From: Octopus sinensis | Lineage: Eukaryota | Length of the DNA stretch: 64,000 bases | Direction of reading: 5' to 3' | Assembly: GCF_006345805.1 (NCBI RefSeq) | Contig: NC_042998.1 | Coordinates: forward strand, 138,012,001 to 138,076,000 | Shown here: piece after piece, positions 25,475 through 40,500 of the stretch | Layout of the letters: each line of letters opens with the position of its first letter | Position numbering within the stretch: the first letter of the stretch is position 1 | The notes under the pieces: generated by a model | Databases searched by the model: none | What the model was told of the DNA's origin: nothing | Seen by the model: only the letters and a program-made list of their open reading frames with translations | Made by a program: the position numbers and the translations under genes

Positions 25475-27495
25475 TAATAATAATAATAATAATAATTTAA
25501 TACATCTACTCTCGTCTATCACTGATTCATTCATCACATTATCCAAATAACGTGGTACGCTCAATTGCGAAACGTGTTACACTTATCACGAGTTGATCTG
25601 TAACAACACGGTTAGGCAATCAGTCAAAGATTCTGCTTGGACAGCAAAAGCGCACCCCAGCGACCATTGGCAATGCTCTGGACAACCTGGGGATTTCGGC
25701 TATTATTTTCAGTCATTTATCACTGATTCATTTAACATGGTGCTTCATTTTAGAACCAATACCCGTGATGAACGAGGATAGATATAAACAAAAACATTAA
25801 GTATTACCTGAAATTGTCATTCCTTACACATCATAGTGTGATTAAAAAAGGTTATTATGGGAACCTTTTCGTTTGTAACATGCAACCAGAAATACAATCA
25901 TTGTATAAAAGATTTAATTTGCTACAAATACAGCAATTTCTTCTCATTTTTTTTCTAGTTTTTACAGTTTTTCATTACAAAACAATTTTTTTTGTTCAAA
26001 ATTTCAAATTGATTAAAAAAATTTTAATAATAGTCTGAGATGTTTTTCATAGACCGAAATCAGAGAAAAAAGTTGCAAACATTTCAAAATCTGAAACAGA
26101 AATTTTATATTTTTTTTTCATTCCTAGATCAGCCATTGAATAAGACGCTCTAGTAATGACCATCTCGTCTTATTCTTTCGGCTGTAGTGTATCTAGGACG
26201 ACGTTATTCAATATATCAGTCATTACGCTATTTCTGCGTTAATAACTTCCTCGTTCGCTAGTTTATTCAGACTTCTATCATTCGGTCTTTCTCTAACACT
26301 TCTTTCTCAGAGAAAAAAAATATAAAAAACAACAGCAGCCCTTGCACCCACTCAACAGTTTTTAATATTAAATACCTAACCGCTTTTGACTTAAATCTGT
26401 ATTAAACGAGTAGATGTTAATTTTCAGGAATATTACCGAATTTAATTTTATGATTTAGTCTTCGGTGACGCACATAAGCAGTACTTATTTTGAAATTAAA
26501 GTGTTCGATTTTGAAATCGCATCGAATATCGCTAATTTTTTTTTTAATATTAAAAATAAAAACTGAAATTATATCCGAATTAATCAAAACATTTTATATA
26601 TTTCGTCTTTAAAACAATTCATGTCCCACCTTTAGTTTCGTATCTTTTATCAATCAATTTCGGTTTAAGAAAACACCCAGTTTAACCAATATAAAATTTG
26701 AGAACCGACAAAAAAAAAAAGCATTAAAAAAATTTGAAAAATAAAAAATCCTTTGAAATTTCTATCTTTGAGTGTAGTATGTTTTTTTTTAGATATTTTT
26801 TTCTTTGGTAGGGATGGGTGAATGTTGGTATGTAAAGAAAGACATCTTGATTTTGTTTTTGATATTTTAAATACGAAGAAGCTGTAACATTTGCTGTACA
26901 TCATTACATTAGACAGAAAGACAGTTTGTTCTTTTTTATCTTCTCTTTTAAACAGTCTTGGTTCTCTTTATTTTACATCTCAAAAAGTCAAAGAGGATGA
27001 ACGGGAAAGAAAATGAACAAATGAAAAGAAACAAAGGAAATTGGAAACACTTCTTTTCTTTTTAATACTGATTTTTTATGTAGTCATGGCGTCTCAAATT
27101 ATATATGTATTTATATGTGTATGTGTGCGTGTGTGTACATATATACTGTGTGTGTGTACATACATATTGTGTGTATGTCTGCATAAATATGTATACATAC
27201 ATACATTATATAAATACACAGACTTTTTTTAACAAAACATATGTCGTCGTGAAGATGGAGGAACGAAATAATGGAAACGTTGCGATGCGCATGTCTCTCC
27301 CGAGGGCATTGAAGTAAAAAAGGTTAATGATAAGTAAAAAAAAACTAAAGCAATTTTGTTAATTGGGAATCATAAAGGTATTTGCAAACTAGCATTGCTG
27401 AAAGTATCATACCACTTTCACATCACAGTACCAACCGTAACGTCGATGCTGCTGCTGAAGACAACGAAGTTAATAATAATAATATAATAATAATA

Positions 27496-27565
<70 letters not shown>

Positions 27566-27801
27566 TAATAATAATATAATAGATAATAATAATAATATAA
27601 TAATAAATAATAATAATAATAATAATTGTTATCTTTTCTAGCATAGGCATAATGTCTGAAATTTAGGGACAGAGAGATAGTCGATTACATCAACCCCAAT
27701 GATCAACCGATACTTATTTCATCGATCCCGAAAGGCTGAAAGGCCGAAACGTTCTCGACGGAACATGAACTCAGAACGTAACGGCTTGCAGTCTTAATAA
27801 T

Positions 27802-27856
<55 letters not shown>

Positions 27857-28146
27857 TTAATAATAATGAACTCTTCCGCCGAAGACGACGTATAAGCGTT
27901 CAGCTTTTGCCTAACGACCTGCACAAATGATTTGTTTATGGTGCTCAAGTATTCGTGCCACACATTAGCTCACTATTTCCATCAAATCAAACGTTGTCTG
28001 AACAGATGCACTGTGTACCACCCGAACTAGGAATTGAAATCACGATCGCTAGATCGTGAGTACAACACGCTAACCATCATGTCATGTGCCCTCGCTTATA
28101 GCTTAGTGGTCAGCGTGCATGGCTTATAATAATAATAATAATAATA

Positions 28147-28184
<38 letters not shown>

Positions 28185-28530
28185 TAATAATAAGCCTTTC
28201 TACTATTGGTTTTTCTACTACTACTAATAATAATGATAATCTTGTCTACTATAGGCTCAAGGCCTGAAATGTTTTGGGAAGGAACTAGTTGACCCAGAAA
28301 AGAGGAAAGCAGAGTTGACTTACATGGGATTTGAACTCAGATCGTAGAATCGGAAGAAATACTGCAAGGCGTTTTTCCTCCATTCTAACGATTCTGCCTG
28401 TTTGTCACTCTTGGTTTCTGATTTGGGCTCACGGCCAGCAATTTTAACTGTTACTTTATTAAATCAACAACAGAAAGACGAAAGGCAAAGTTCACCTCGG
28501 CGGCATTTGAATTCAGAATGTAATAACCAG

Positions 28531-28576
<46 letters not shown>

Positions 28577-28590
28577 TATATATATATATA

Positions 28591-28938
28591 AGTAATAAAT
28601 GAGTTGAACGAAGATGTTATTAAATTCTTTACTTTCAACATATGTTTCGAAGACAACATGGTATTATTCCAAAGGAAATAAAGGGGTGTAGAATGCAATC
28701 TTCTTATCAGGAAAGAAAGAGAGCCTATCTCAACAACCACATTATAACAATTACTCTTTCTTGATGAGAAGATTGCATAATACACAATTTACTGCACATT
28801 AACCCGGAGTTTCTACCTTTGAATAGGTCGCTTCATCATCCGTGTTACGTGCATGAATTTCTTACCCTGTAACTGTTTATTGAATTTCCTCCATGTTAAC
28901 GGTACACAAAGGATAATTCATTCATCCCATTTAATATT
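28591..28938 (-). mobile_element. Non-autonomous HHR-bearing element (PLE-like), copy 2, with an internal inverted partial HHR
   Basis: Shares its start (gagttgaacgaagat...ctttactttcaacatatgtttcgaagac) and end (ggataattcattca) with copy 1. An inverted partial copy lies at 28755-28785. Flanked by (TA)n. Confidence 0.65.
28632..28715 (-). ncRNA. Decayed hammerhead motif, same family as 16872-16966 (G8A, GUU triplet)
   Basis: ctttc-CUGAUAA-gaagattgcat...atgttgtcttc-GAAA-catat-GUU-gaaag. Helix III is the palindrome acatatgt. Confidence 0.7.
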
Positions 28939-29024
28939 CTTATATATATATATAATATATATATATATATAAATATATATATATATATTATATATTATAT
29001 ATATTATATATATAAAATATATAT

Positions 29025-29109
<85 letters not shown>

Positions 29110-29234
29110 ATGTTTTACACATACATATTTATACTAATATATATACATATATAGAGAGAGAGAGAGAGAGAGAGAAGAAGAGAGAGAGGAAAGAGAAGGT
29201 GGAGGAGAGGAAGAAACAGAGAGTCAGAAAGAAA

Positions 29235-30090
29235 GCTATCTCTATGCTGCTATTAGATATCAGAAAGAAATATTGGGCTCTCAAATTACGCTACTCTCTT
29301 CAGCCATATTTAATAATATCAGGTGTAAGCCAAGGTTCAGTTATGTTTCCGATAGCCTTCTCCCTTAATGATACTTCTAAACATTTACATGATTATACTA
29401 TAACTTCTACCCACACACAAGCTTATACGGATGATACCAACTTCACTATCCTTTGCCTATGCATTCAGACGTCATTCGTAGCATAGATCTCACACTATAC
29501 ATTTTGTAATATAATTTCACCAGGAAGGATGACAGTGCTCATGATCCCCTACAAGCCTCCGAATCTGTTGGGAGTGGGGAAAGAAGGTGTCTTTAAACCG
29601 TTGATTAGACCCAAATGCTTGGAAAAGATCGGGCTTCGCTAAGGGCACCAAAACCCTCAAAGTTACTACAGTTTCTCTGCCTCATCATATCTGACAATAT
29701 CTTATAGTGATCATAATATGCATTATATTGAGATAGCTATATTTACATTCACGTCAATCCATTAACTGACCTATCCTTTTTTTACTTTCGTTACTATTTC
29801 CTGTCTCACTTTAACGAGCCATTCTTCATCCTCAAGGTCAGAAAACTTACTGCAATTAGGTTTCTATGTACAAAATATAAGTACGAGGCAAATTACAATA
29901 CTGCTCCCATATCTGGGACGGTGGTTCCCTCATCACAATAACATTGTTGATCGTATTGAAAAAGAAAAAAAAGGACATTCGGCTGATTGGTAAAGGTCCA
30001 CGCCAACTAACAGCTGTTAGAAAAGTAGTAAGAAACTCTAGGGAGAGCTGAACAGCTGGTGGTCTTCAGAGAAGAAGCCTCCACCTCTCA
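29235..30090 (+). mobile_element. Degenerate CR1/L2-like LINE RT fragment
   Basis: SGVSQGSVMFP (GVPQGS) and AYTDDT (YADD) motifs. Downstream VRGKLQYCSHIWDG...DRIE...RLIG resembles the post-RT region. Confidence 0.7.
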
Positions 30091-30419
30091 TTAAAGTGGT
30101 TTGGCCTTTGCTGCATCCAGGTCATGACTCCTGGATATGCCTCTGCTGCCCCATTCTGTGCTGTTGTCTGCATTGCAACTCTCTTGTATGGTTAAAGTGT
30201 CCCAGATCCAAGATACTTTGGGCATCGTAACGACAGCTACTCCACAATATGCATGGTTTCTGATATATTTATTCAACATATATATCTTTATCCATCACAA
30301 CGATCGTTTTAACCCATTTTGCATCGGTCAATTACTGGTGCGAATACTATATGATGCATCCCGTCAGGTGCCTTTTAGAAAAAAAATGCTTCGCTTAGTA
30401 TACTGGTTTCATCTGTTTC

Positions 30420-30464
<45 letters not shown>

Positions 30465-30487
30465 TATATAATATATATATATATATA

Positions 30488-31186
<699 letters not shown>

Positions 31187-31294
31187 ATTGATATATATAT
31201 ATATAATATATGTTGTAAGTAGCTTGCTACCAACCACATGGTTCCGGTTCAGTCCTACTGAATTCATGGTTCCGGGTTCAGTCTCTACTGAATT

Positions 31295-31330
<36 letters not shown>

Positions 31331-31581
31331 GAAGAAACGCTGTGAAGCTATGCGCTTTATGGATGTAAAACTCAGAGTAATCCCATACATCGGCCTTAAC
31401 TAACTTTATCTAATTACACTATTGCTCTATAACTCTATCGATTTATGATTTACTGACGATATATATGTACCAGAGTTAGCACATAAATTCGAAACAAGGT
31501 AGAAAAAATAGCACTCGAATATCAGAAGTAGAGAAACTGAGTAACGGTTTTTTGTGATATTTTTGCTGCTTTATAATAAGG

Positions 31582-31657
<76 letters not shown>

Positions 31658-31766
31658 TGTTGGATTTATGATTATAGATTAATGTTTAATCACTCTCACA
31701 TTTATCTTTCAGTTCTTTATTTTAAGTGGCCGGACAAAGCTTCTTTGAACTTGCCACCCCTTGGAA

Positions 31767-31844
<78 letters not shown>

Positions 31845-32249
31845 CACACGCACGCGCACACACACACGGTTGGTAGAATGAATGTGTCGAGCAAATATGC
31901 ATTATACAATACGGTACTTGCTTCCCTAAAATATTTGTTGTCGTCTGCACACTGGTTGATTTTGCCTTTTGTCATTTGGCGGTCGACAAAATACTGGGGC
32001 CGGTATAATCGATTGAAACCACCGGTCGCAGACCATTGACTGAAAACAGTAAAAGAATAAAGGAATTAAAGACCTAGTATACGCAAAGTAATAACTCTGG
32101 TATTTTACAGATTCTGTTAAATTTTACATTTTTAGTGGCATTACTAACGACAGTTTTGGGAGGGTTGACATGTGAATACCTTTTATGAGGCATTATATAC
32201 ATACATACATGTACATATACATTTCATAAATTTTACCCTTTTATTATTG

Positions 32250-32340
<91 letters not shown>

Positions 32341-32702
32341 GTGTAATTATATGTTTGTATGTACAGATATATGTACAAATACACGTATGTATGTCTATAT
32401 GTATATATGTGTATATGTGTGTATGTATATGTGTGTGTGTATCTATATCTATATCTATATATATATATGTATGTCTATATGTACGCATAAACACGCGCGC
32501 GCGCGTGCACGCATTCACACACACACACACACACAGACACACACGAAATGAAAATGGAAACCTGCCACAGTAATTGTTTCTTATTAATTAGCGCAGTAAT
32601 TGCTATTAAGATTCAAATATTTTAGAGGTGGTGTCTGCAAGAACCGGTCCATGCTCCATGCTTTTCCAAATGTAAGTGAAAAGAAATAGCCTCAGTAAGA
32701 GG

Positions 32703-32736
<34 letters not shown>

Positions 32737-33075
32737 GAAAAGTATATGCATGTTCCAAGAATATTAGCGACACAATTAAAATGCAATCTTTACAACTGGC
32801 ATTTCGGAATCAGGTGGTATGACAGACTTGGATAGCCGGGAGTTTGACTGTTACTGTACGGTGCCACAATAATATATATATATATATATGACGAGGACGA
32901 CGGCGATGATGATGATATTAATAATAATAATAATAATAATAATGATGATGATGAGATGATGATAAGTGTAATGATAATAAAAATAATAATTGTACAAATA
33001 ATTTAAAATGATAAGACATGATAATCATAACAATAAAAATAATAATTAGAACGATCATATTGAACTGAAACTTTG

Positions 33076-33114
<39 letters not shown>

Positions 33115-33199
33115 TATATATATATAATATATATATATATATTATATATATATATATATATTATATATATATATTATATATATTTATATATAGATATAT

Positions 33200-33261
<62 letters not shown>

Positions 33262-33787
33262 CATAATATGTGTACATGTTATATATATATGTATGTAAAT
33301 ATATATACATGCATATATATATGTATATATATACATATATACATGCATATATATATTTATATATATACATGTGTATATATACGTATATATATAAATATGT
33401 ATATATATGTATGAATGTGTTTGCATACATGTAACCTTGTGTGAATGTGTGTATGAGTGTGCGTGTCTTGTGTTTGAGATTCAATAAAAAAAATTCAGAT
33501 CAGGTTTTTTTAGTAATGATTTAAAATTGTATTGAAGGTTAAAAAAAAGGATTCTTGCACAGTAAAGAGATATGAAATAGTATTCACAATTTTAATATTT
33601 AATATTGACAAACACTGATTATTTTTTCTGTTTCTCGTTAGATTTGCACAGGGTGAGAGCGAAATGTTGAAGAATATGATGTATTTGAAAGTGGGGTCAG
33701 CGCCGTAACTGAGTTACCCGAAGAAAAGAATTTCATTTTCCTCCGTTAATTTCTCACTGGTTTCCTCTAATTTAATTAATTCAGCTG

Positions 33788-33841
<54 letters not shown>

Positions 33842-33858
33842 GCTATTCTTACGATGTA

Positions 33859-33875
33859 TTTATTAAGTTTTTATT
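33859..33875 (-). promoter_or_regulatory. Candidate otp polyadenylation signals (two AATAAA)
   Basis: tttatt on the + strand at 33859-33864 and 33870-33875, about 225-235 nt after the stop. Use is not demonstrable from sequence alone. Confidence 0.35.
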
Positions 33876-34097
33876 TTGTAATTTAGCAGCAGCTATTATA
33901 AATACTAATTATTGAAACGATTCAATGACAACGGTAATAATAATAGTAATGATAATAATAATTATAATTATAATAATAGTAATAATAATAATGCTTGTGG
34001 TAATGGTAAGAGACTGTCTCTTCTAGTAACATATGTGTTTTTATATATATGTATTCGGATGTTGTTACTCAATGAGAGTCCAGTAGAAGGACGCAGG

Positions 34098-34628
34098 TCA
34101 TCGGAAACCTGACATGCTTACAGTGTGCTCCAGCGCCCTCCGTCTGAGAGATGCTATACTAGTACCTCTCCATGCATCGCCAAGTTCCTGCATGGCGCAT
34201 GGGATCTGGGATGTTGTGATGGACGGGGACTGAGATCCATCAGACATGGGTGATGTACCAGACGAAGGAACACAATAGGCAGTATTGTAAATTGAAGGGC
34301 TGTTCACAGTGTTGGTCACATTGCATGTGATACCGTTACCCAAAACGTTTCCTTGGTTCAATCCTACCGATACTTGAGGTGATAAAGACTGGGCCAAGCC
34401 CTGGCGAGGTATAGCTGTCGCCAGACCGAATTGATTGCCGTTCATTGGGGTCGGTATTTGTGACATACCAGCCCATCGGGTGTCTGAGGGATGAAATGAG
34501 CAAAGGGTATCATTCATGCCACTGAATGGGTTCAGTGCGTGTGAGGGAAGCAAAGCGCCTGGTGTGCGAAACACGTTTGTAGTCTTCTTGCGTTTTTTCC
34601 ACTTAGCTCGTCGATTCTGGAACCAAAC
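34098..34628 (-). CDS. otp: Orthopedia homeobox protein, last coding exon (176 aa plus stop; homeodomain helix 3 to OAR domain)
   Basis: Translates VWFQNRRAKWKKRKKTTNVFRTPGALLP...DAWRGTSIASLRRRALEHTVSMSGFR*. KKRKKTTNVFR after the homeodomain and the C-terminal WRGTSIASLRRxALEHTVSMS OAR motif are diagnostic of Otp. The first 26 aa of the supplied ORF 34098-34706 are intronic. Confidence 0.96.
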   Translation of the reverse strand, partial: VWFQNRRAKWKKRKKTTNVFRTPGALLPSHALNPFSGMNDTLCSFHPSDTRWAGMSQIPTPMNGNQFGLATAIPRQGLAQSLSPQVSVGLNQGNVLGNGITCNVTNTVNSPSIYNTAYCVPSSGTSPMSDGSQSPSITTSQIPCAMQELGDAWRGTSIASLRRRALEHTVSMSGFR

Positions 34629-34655
34629 CTGTTGAAGAGAAGATAAAAGTGTTAG
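34629..34655 (-). promoter_or_regulatory. otp: 3' splice acceptor of the otp homeobox intron (phase 0, before VWFQNRR)
   Basis: Minus strand reads ...cttttatcttctcttcaacag|GTT TGG TTC CAG: a pyrimidine tract plus CAG at the conserved PRD-class intron position between homeodomain residues 46 and 47. Confidence 0.9.
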
Positions 34656-35125
34656 ACAGCCTTCAAATAGATACATGCATATCAATATATACATACATGC
34701 ATTCATACATACATTTCATATATATACATTTATACATACATGCTTAATACATACATTTCATATATATACATATATACATGCACGCATTCATATATACATT
34801 TCATACATAACTACAAAATTACGTATATAATCCATTACCAGAACAATAAAAATATCTAAAACACTAAAACATTATATACACATTACTGTAGTTTATCATG
34901 TAGTATGTATACTTTCTCAAGTATGGATATACGAATATATGATTATGTACTCATATTTAAATCAAAACATACAAAATCGGTAGCCGTATGACTAGTACGC
35001 CTGCATGCAAATATATACATTCGTTGATACACACATTCGTACATATTCACTCATCCATCGATCTATCCGTCCATCTGTTCACCCGCCCGCTCGCCTACCT
35101 GCTTGCCTGCCCGCCTGCCTGCCTG

Positions 35126-35223
<98 letters not shown>

Positions 35224-37312
35224 ATCTATCTATCTATCTATATGCATACAAACAGTTCTGATATACTTATTTGAGGCAGAAAAGAAAAAAATTATACATA
35301 GTCACAGCGGTCTTCTGCAAATGAGAATGTCTCTTCCAAAATCAGCGAGAAGTTATGGTATTTATGGATAAATGCTTTAAACCTGCAACTTCTCTATTCT
35401 TATGATAAATTCACATTTACGTATACCAATTAGTGTACTTGGAGCACTAATGTAGGAGTTTCAGCGAAAAAAGAGACCGGCTAACACACTTTTTACAAAT
35501 GCAATCTGTAAGCGGAACAGTAAGAATATGCAAGACTTTTCTAATGTTCAAAATATAATCATTATTGTTTTTTCAATCCTAATTCTAGCGATCGAATTTT
35601 GTTTATTTATTAGAAACCGTCTCCTTCCTTCAAGAAAGAATTCTAATGATAAAAGAAAGGAGAAATATACATGCATATATGATTAACCTAATTGATGTAG
35701 TCTAAATGCTAATGAGAAAGTCTCGATTCTAGGTTGGAGCTCAGCTCTTTCTCTATCAGAGTGATGTTTGAAAAATTAAACTAAAAGAACATGTCTATAA
35801 AATAGTCCCGCCAAGAACAGATATGGAAGAGAAACGTTTCCATCTAATTATGCCAGCCTAACTCAGTTTAAATCTGAGGCAGACTTTTTCTTACACATGT
35901 ACACACGCGCACATATATTCAACTCAACAACGTAGACTGGATTACATAAAATATTATTTGACCATTGGCCGCGGAAAATTCGCTCGACAATTATGACAAG
36001 CACTGTTATAGCATCAGTTCACTTATTTATCTTCCAGTTGCTTATGTTGCTGATGCTACCCAACTGAGCAATAAGTGTCGAAACTGTGATAATATTTGGC
36101 CGATAACTAATGAAAAATTGACCATAACCGCATCCATTGTGTGTGATTGTTCCTGTTTTTTTTTTCCGTCTTTCCATTGTCATCTCGTGTCCCATTTTCT
36201 CTACCACACACACACAAAGACACAGAGGAAACGCTTTTTTCACTTTCCATCTACAAAATCTACTCACAAGGCTTTGTCGGCCTGGGGCTATAAGTAATGT
36301 AAAAGGTGCCACTCAGTGAGACTGAAACTGGAACCATGTCGTTGAGAAACAAACTTCTTACCGTACAACTACGCCTCTACCTACCTATCTCCCCCCAACC
36401 CGCCACATTTTGGGAGAGTCAACTTATGCCCCTTTCAAAAAAACAAAAACCCTAACCAAAAAATAAAACTATACGCACCAATACCAAATAGTATTTGCTC
36501 TTTAATTATTTATTCATTAGTATCAAAGGTGTTCGTTAAATTCATGTAACCTAGTTTATGATCTTTACTACAGATGTATCGGACAGCTTTAATGTTAATA
36601 ACCAACTCATTAGAGAATAAATAAGGGACTAATAATCGTAATTTTAATCAATGTATTTATTATTGGTAAAATAACCCACCCATCCCTTAGAATACAATAA
36701 TACAACTATAACAATGACGTTTGAATATGCAATTACAGATCAAAACGCATGCGTAATATAATAACAGGTGAAGTTATTAGTAAAACTACAGCAATGGAAG
36801 AATAGGGCGGCGAGCTGGCAAAATCGTTAGCGGCATTTCGTTTGTCTTTACACTCCGAATTCAAATTTAACCGGGGTCGACTTTGCCTTTCATCCTTCCA
36901 GGGTCGATAAAATAAATGCCAGCTGAGCCCTGGGGTCGATGTAGTCCACTTTCCCCTCCCTCGAAACTGCTGGCTTTGTATTAAAACTTGAAACCAATAT
37001 ATAGAAGGATTAAAGTGATAAAATTGAAATAGACAAGACCTTTTCCACGACAAATGTCCCATGGATGTGTTAAGTGGAGTCTGCATTATAGCAAGAGTTC
37101 GAATTCACTTAAATATTCGGCCTGAAAATTACTTCATCTTTATCTCCCACCAGTCTTGGAGCCTTTGAAAAATGTCATTGATATTATGGATGCTGTCTTT
37201 CTTCCTGGGACTATCCAATAATTATGCATGCATGCACGCATACATATATACATGCACACACGCGCGTACGCACAAACACACGCACGCACGCGCACATACA
37301 CACTCACGCGCG

Positions 37313-37345
<33 letters not shown>

Positions 37346-37415
37346 GCACATACACACGCACGCGCACATACACACGCACGCACGCACACACGCGCACACA
37401 CATGCGTGTGTGCAC

Positions 37416-37461
<46 letters not shown>

Positions 37462-37611
37462 GTTCACCTAATTATGTGTGTTAATATACAGACATACATG
37501 TGTGTGTTTATATGTATATATATATATGTATACATATATGCATCTAATTATATCGTGTATATGTCTAAACATACATGTGTATTTATCTATCTATCTATCT
37601 ATCTATATATT

Positions 37612-38259
37612 TTCGTAGCTTGTTTGGCGGATAAAATTCGTAAAGTTAAAAGCAGCCTAGCATTTAAGTAGAGGCCATTGTGTTGCACCGTTTGAAGTTA
37701 TGCCTCTGTTAGTTCTTTGATTACACGTTGATACCAGTTCTTGTCCTTTGAGGCTAAGAACTCTCTCACTGAAGCGTCCACCTCTTGGTTGATGAAGCGT
37801 CAATATCCGAGGGAGAACGCGCATAGAGAAGGGTTAAGCAAGAGCAAGCTTTCGGAACCTGTAGCTAAACATAGGTGTTTCGAACGCAAGGTCTGGTCGA
37901 ATTATGAGGGGATAATGAACTACGAGTTCGTTCCAAACGGTCGAGCCATCGACACCAACTTGCACCCCGAACAGCTGGAGCGGATGTATACCACTGTACA
38001 GCAAAAATACCTGCCATTGATCGCCTGCGCTCGCGATGCTTCATCAGCTAAAAGGAGGTCGAAACTTCATTGAAGGAGTTCTTTTCTCGAAGGGACAAGA
38101 ACTGGTACTAGCTTGGAATCAAAGAATTGGCAAAAAGGTGGCTTCAGATGATGCAACACGATGGCCTCTACTTTGAATGCTATACTGCTTTTATTGTAAC
38201 TTCACGAATACAGCAAATAAGTTACCAAAATACTGCAAAACTTTTGACTCAACGCAATA
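37612..38259 (+). mobile_element. Mariner transposase remnant with an inverted copy of its 3' end on the left
   Basis: KVWSNYEGIMNYEFVPNGRAIDTNLHPEQLERMY... and EFFSRRDKNWY*LGIKELAKRWLQMMQHDGLYFE. A TIR-like end aaaacttttgactcaacgcaata is present. 37612-37784 is a diverged inverted copy of about 38055-38230. Confidence 0.8.
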
Positions 38260-38330
<71 letters not shown>

Positions 38331-38331
<1 letters not shown>

Positions 38332-38651
38332 CTGGCACTCCGTCAGTTTCGATGGCGAGGGTTCCAGTTGATCCGATCAACCAAACAGTCTGCTCGTGAA
38401 AATTAACGGGCAAGTGGCTGAGCACTCCACAGACACGTTTACCCTTAACGTAGTTCTCAGGGAGATTCTGTGTGATAAAAAGTGTGATATGGCTGGTCCT
38501 TTGAAATACGGGTACTATTCATTTTTGCCTGTTGAGTGGACCGGAGCAACGTGAAATAAAGTATCTTGCTCAAGGTCACAACGCCTCATCGGGAATTGAT
38601 ACCACGACGTTGCGATCGTGAGCCGAATACATTAACCACTAGCCACGCGCC

Positions 38652-38656
<5 letters not shown>
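38331..38656 (-). mobile_element. tRNA-derived SINE (head gaaggcgcgtggct; ttgagcaagacact core; gaactacgttaaggg tail)
   Basis: Full length. Relatives at 46487-46771 (+), 11793-12045 (+), 22955-23063 (+) and about 28000-28093 (-). Confidence 0.85.
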
Positions 38657-38695
<39 letters not shown>

Positions 38696-38924
38696 ACACA
38701 CACCTATTTACAGTATGCAAGCCCATTGTATATGTGTGCACGTACGTGTCTTTGTGTCTGTCCCCATCCACCGCTTCTCCACCAGTGTTGACTTGTTTAC
38801 GTCCTCGGTAATGACAAAGCTCTTCAAAGCTGTACCCCAGCGTGACCGCAATCCAACGACCGAAACAAGTAAAAGAGTAAAATAAACGTTTACGATGACC
38901 TTAATCCAAATACCCGCCCTCACC

Positions 38925-40500
38925 TAATTAATTACTTATTCAACTTTACTATTTTTCACATACCACTTTGTCATTTTTGGAAGTTTCCCCCAGATGTTTA
39001 AAATGCATATTTTCTGGTTCTCTAAACTCAAGAGATCACAAAGCAAAAAACCTGAGTTTAAAATAATGTATTGTTCAATTTTTATAGCTCTTTAAAATCG
39101 GCCAATTTAACGAAATTTGCGTTTCTTTTTAGTATCGTAAGACTGAACATATTTTCTTTCATAAAAAAGATTTTGAACCTCTGTTTGAACTTATTTAGAA
39201 GCATTTTTTATTGTCTTTCAGTCGAGCTACAGCTTAGAGTGCATAGGGCAACATAAATTTGAGAAATTTGAAAAAAACAATCAAATTTTTGGTAAAACCC
39301 CCTCAAACTTGATGATTTTTAAAAAAAAATGACAAATTTTGACATATTAAGAGCTAACATCCTCAACATTTTATGTAAACTGTGGAAAAAAACCAGTTCA
39401 AAGGCCACACAGAAAGTATAATTCTAATTTGGGTACCAAACATCAAAACCAACTAAATTTGGGTAAAATCGGTAGTTATTGACCCCACCAACGTGATTAA
39501 ACAAGTATAAAGACAGAAAACAAAATGGATTCAAAACCTAATAAATTTCTTGAAATAATTGATCTTAAATGCACTTTTTTGGTATTTAGCCTATTTTATT
39601 GGGTAAAAATCTGATTAGGAAGGTCAGATTCCGACTTGGAGGATTTTGCCTTGCTAACGCCGAAATTGAAAAAGGGCCAAAACACGAGATAACAAAAAGA
39701 AAATATTCCCAACAAATTCCTGGATTGAAATCTACCATACCAACAAATATTGAAGCAACAATGCCTAACAATAAATATGCGTAACATGGACCAGTCAGTA
39801 ATATAGTGATTCGATTCTTGATTGTTCTTCTCAAAGAAGACACCTTATGTTCTGAAGAACGGGCTGTGTGACCAACTTCACCACAAACAGAACATGTTGG
39901 GCTGGAACCTTTCGAAGCAATTGCTGGATGCAACATGATGGACATTCTTCTGAAGATATCATGGTTGTTATCTTTGATCGAAAACTGGCGAGATCTTGCA
40001 GATAATCATTTTTAACTGCAATGCACCAAAAAAGGCAATTTTGGTCGATATGCCCTGATTTGGTTATTTGAATCCAGACCTCCACAAACAAAGTAAAAAC
40101 AAATAATTTTGGTTCCAGCTGATAGCCCTTAAAATTGTGGTCCAAACGAGCCCTCAACCACTATCAGGTGATTATTTTAACCCGAGATATGATTTTTTTC
40201 CTGAATTAGCCAATCTAATTTTTCCTGAATTAGCCAATGTGCATAGAGCTCCTTTTTGTAAATAGACCTACCACTAACACATAAAACCTAATCACTATAC
40301 CCTGTCTAATTATGTAACCTACATGTATTCATTTTACTTATCTTTGTACTTGCCAAGAAAGTGATTTGATCTGAGACAGAGATGAAATTAAAAACAATTA
40401 CATCTATTATTTGGTGTCAAAATTTTCGACTTGGATAGTGTGACGAAAATTTTGACTATAAAATTAACAGTTTTTATGTATTTTTGAATGACTAGTATGT
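38925..40500 (-). mobile_element. Probable decayed transposon with a zinc-knuckle-like fragment
   Basis: CSVCGEVGHTARSSEH at 39847-39894 (CX2CX4H, last Cys lost) inside broken ORFs, with AT-rich element-like flanks. Family not identified. Confidence 0.35.

Noticed and set aside
33620-33660. Plus-strand acceptor and donor flanking an 11-nt possible micro-exon, antisense to the otp 3' region
   Set aside because: Such motifs arise often by chance and no other supporting exon is visible.
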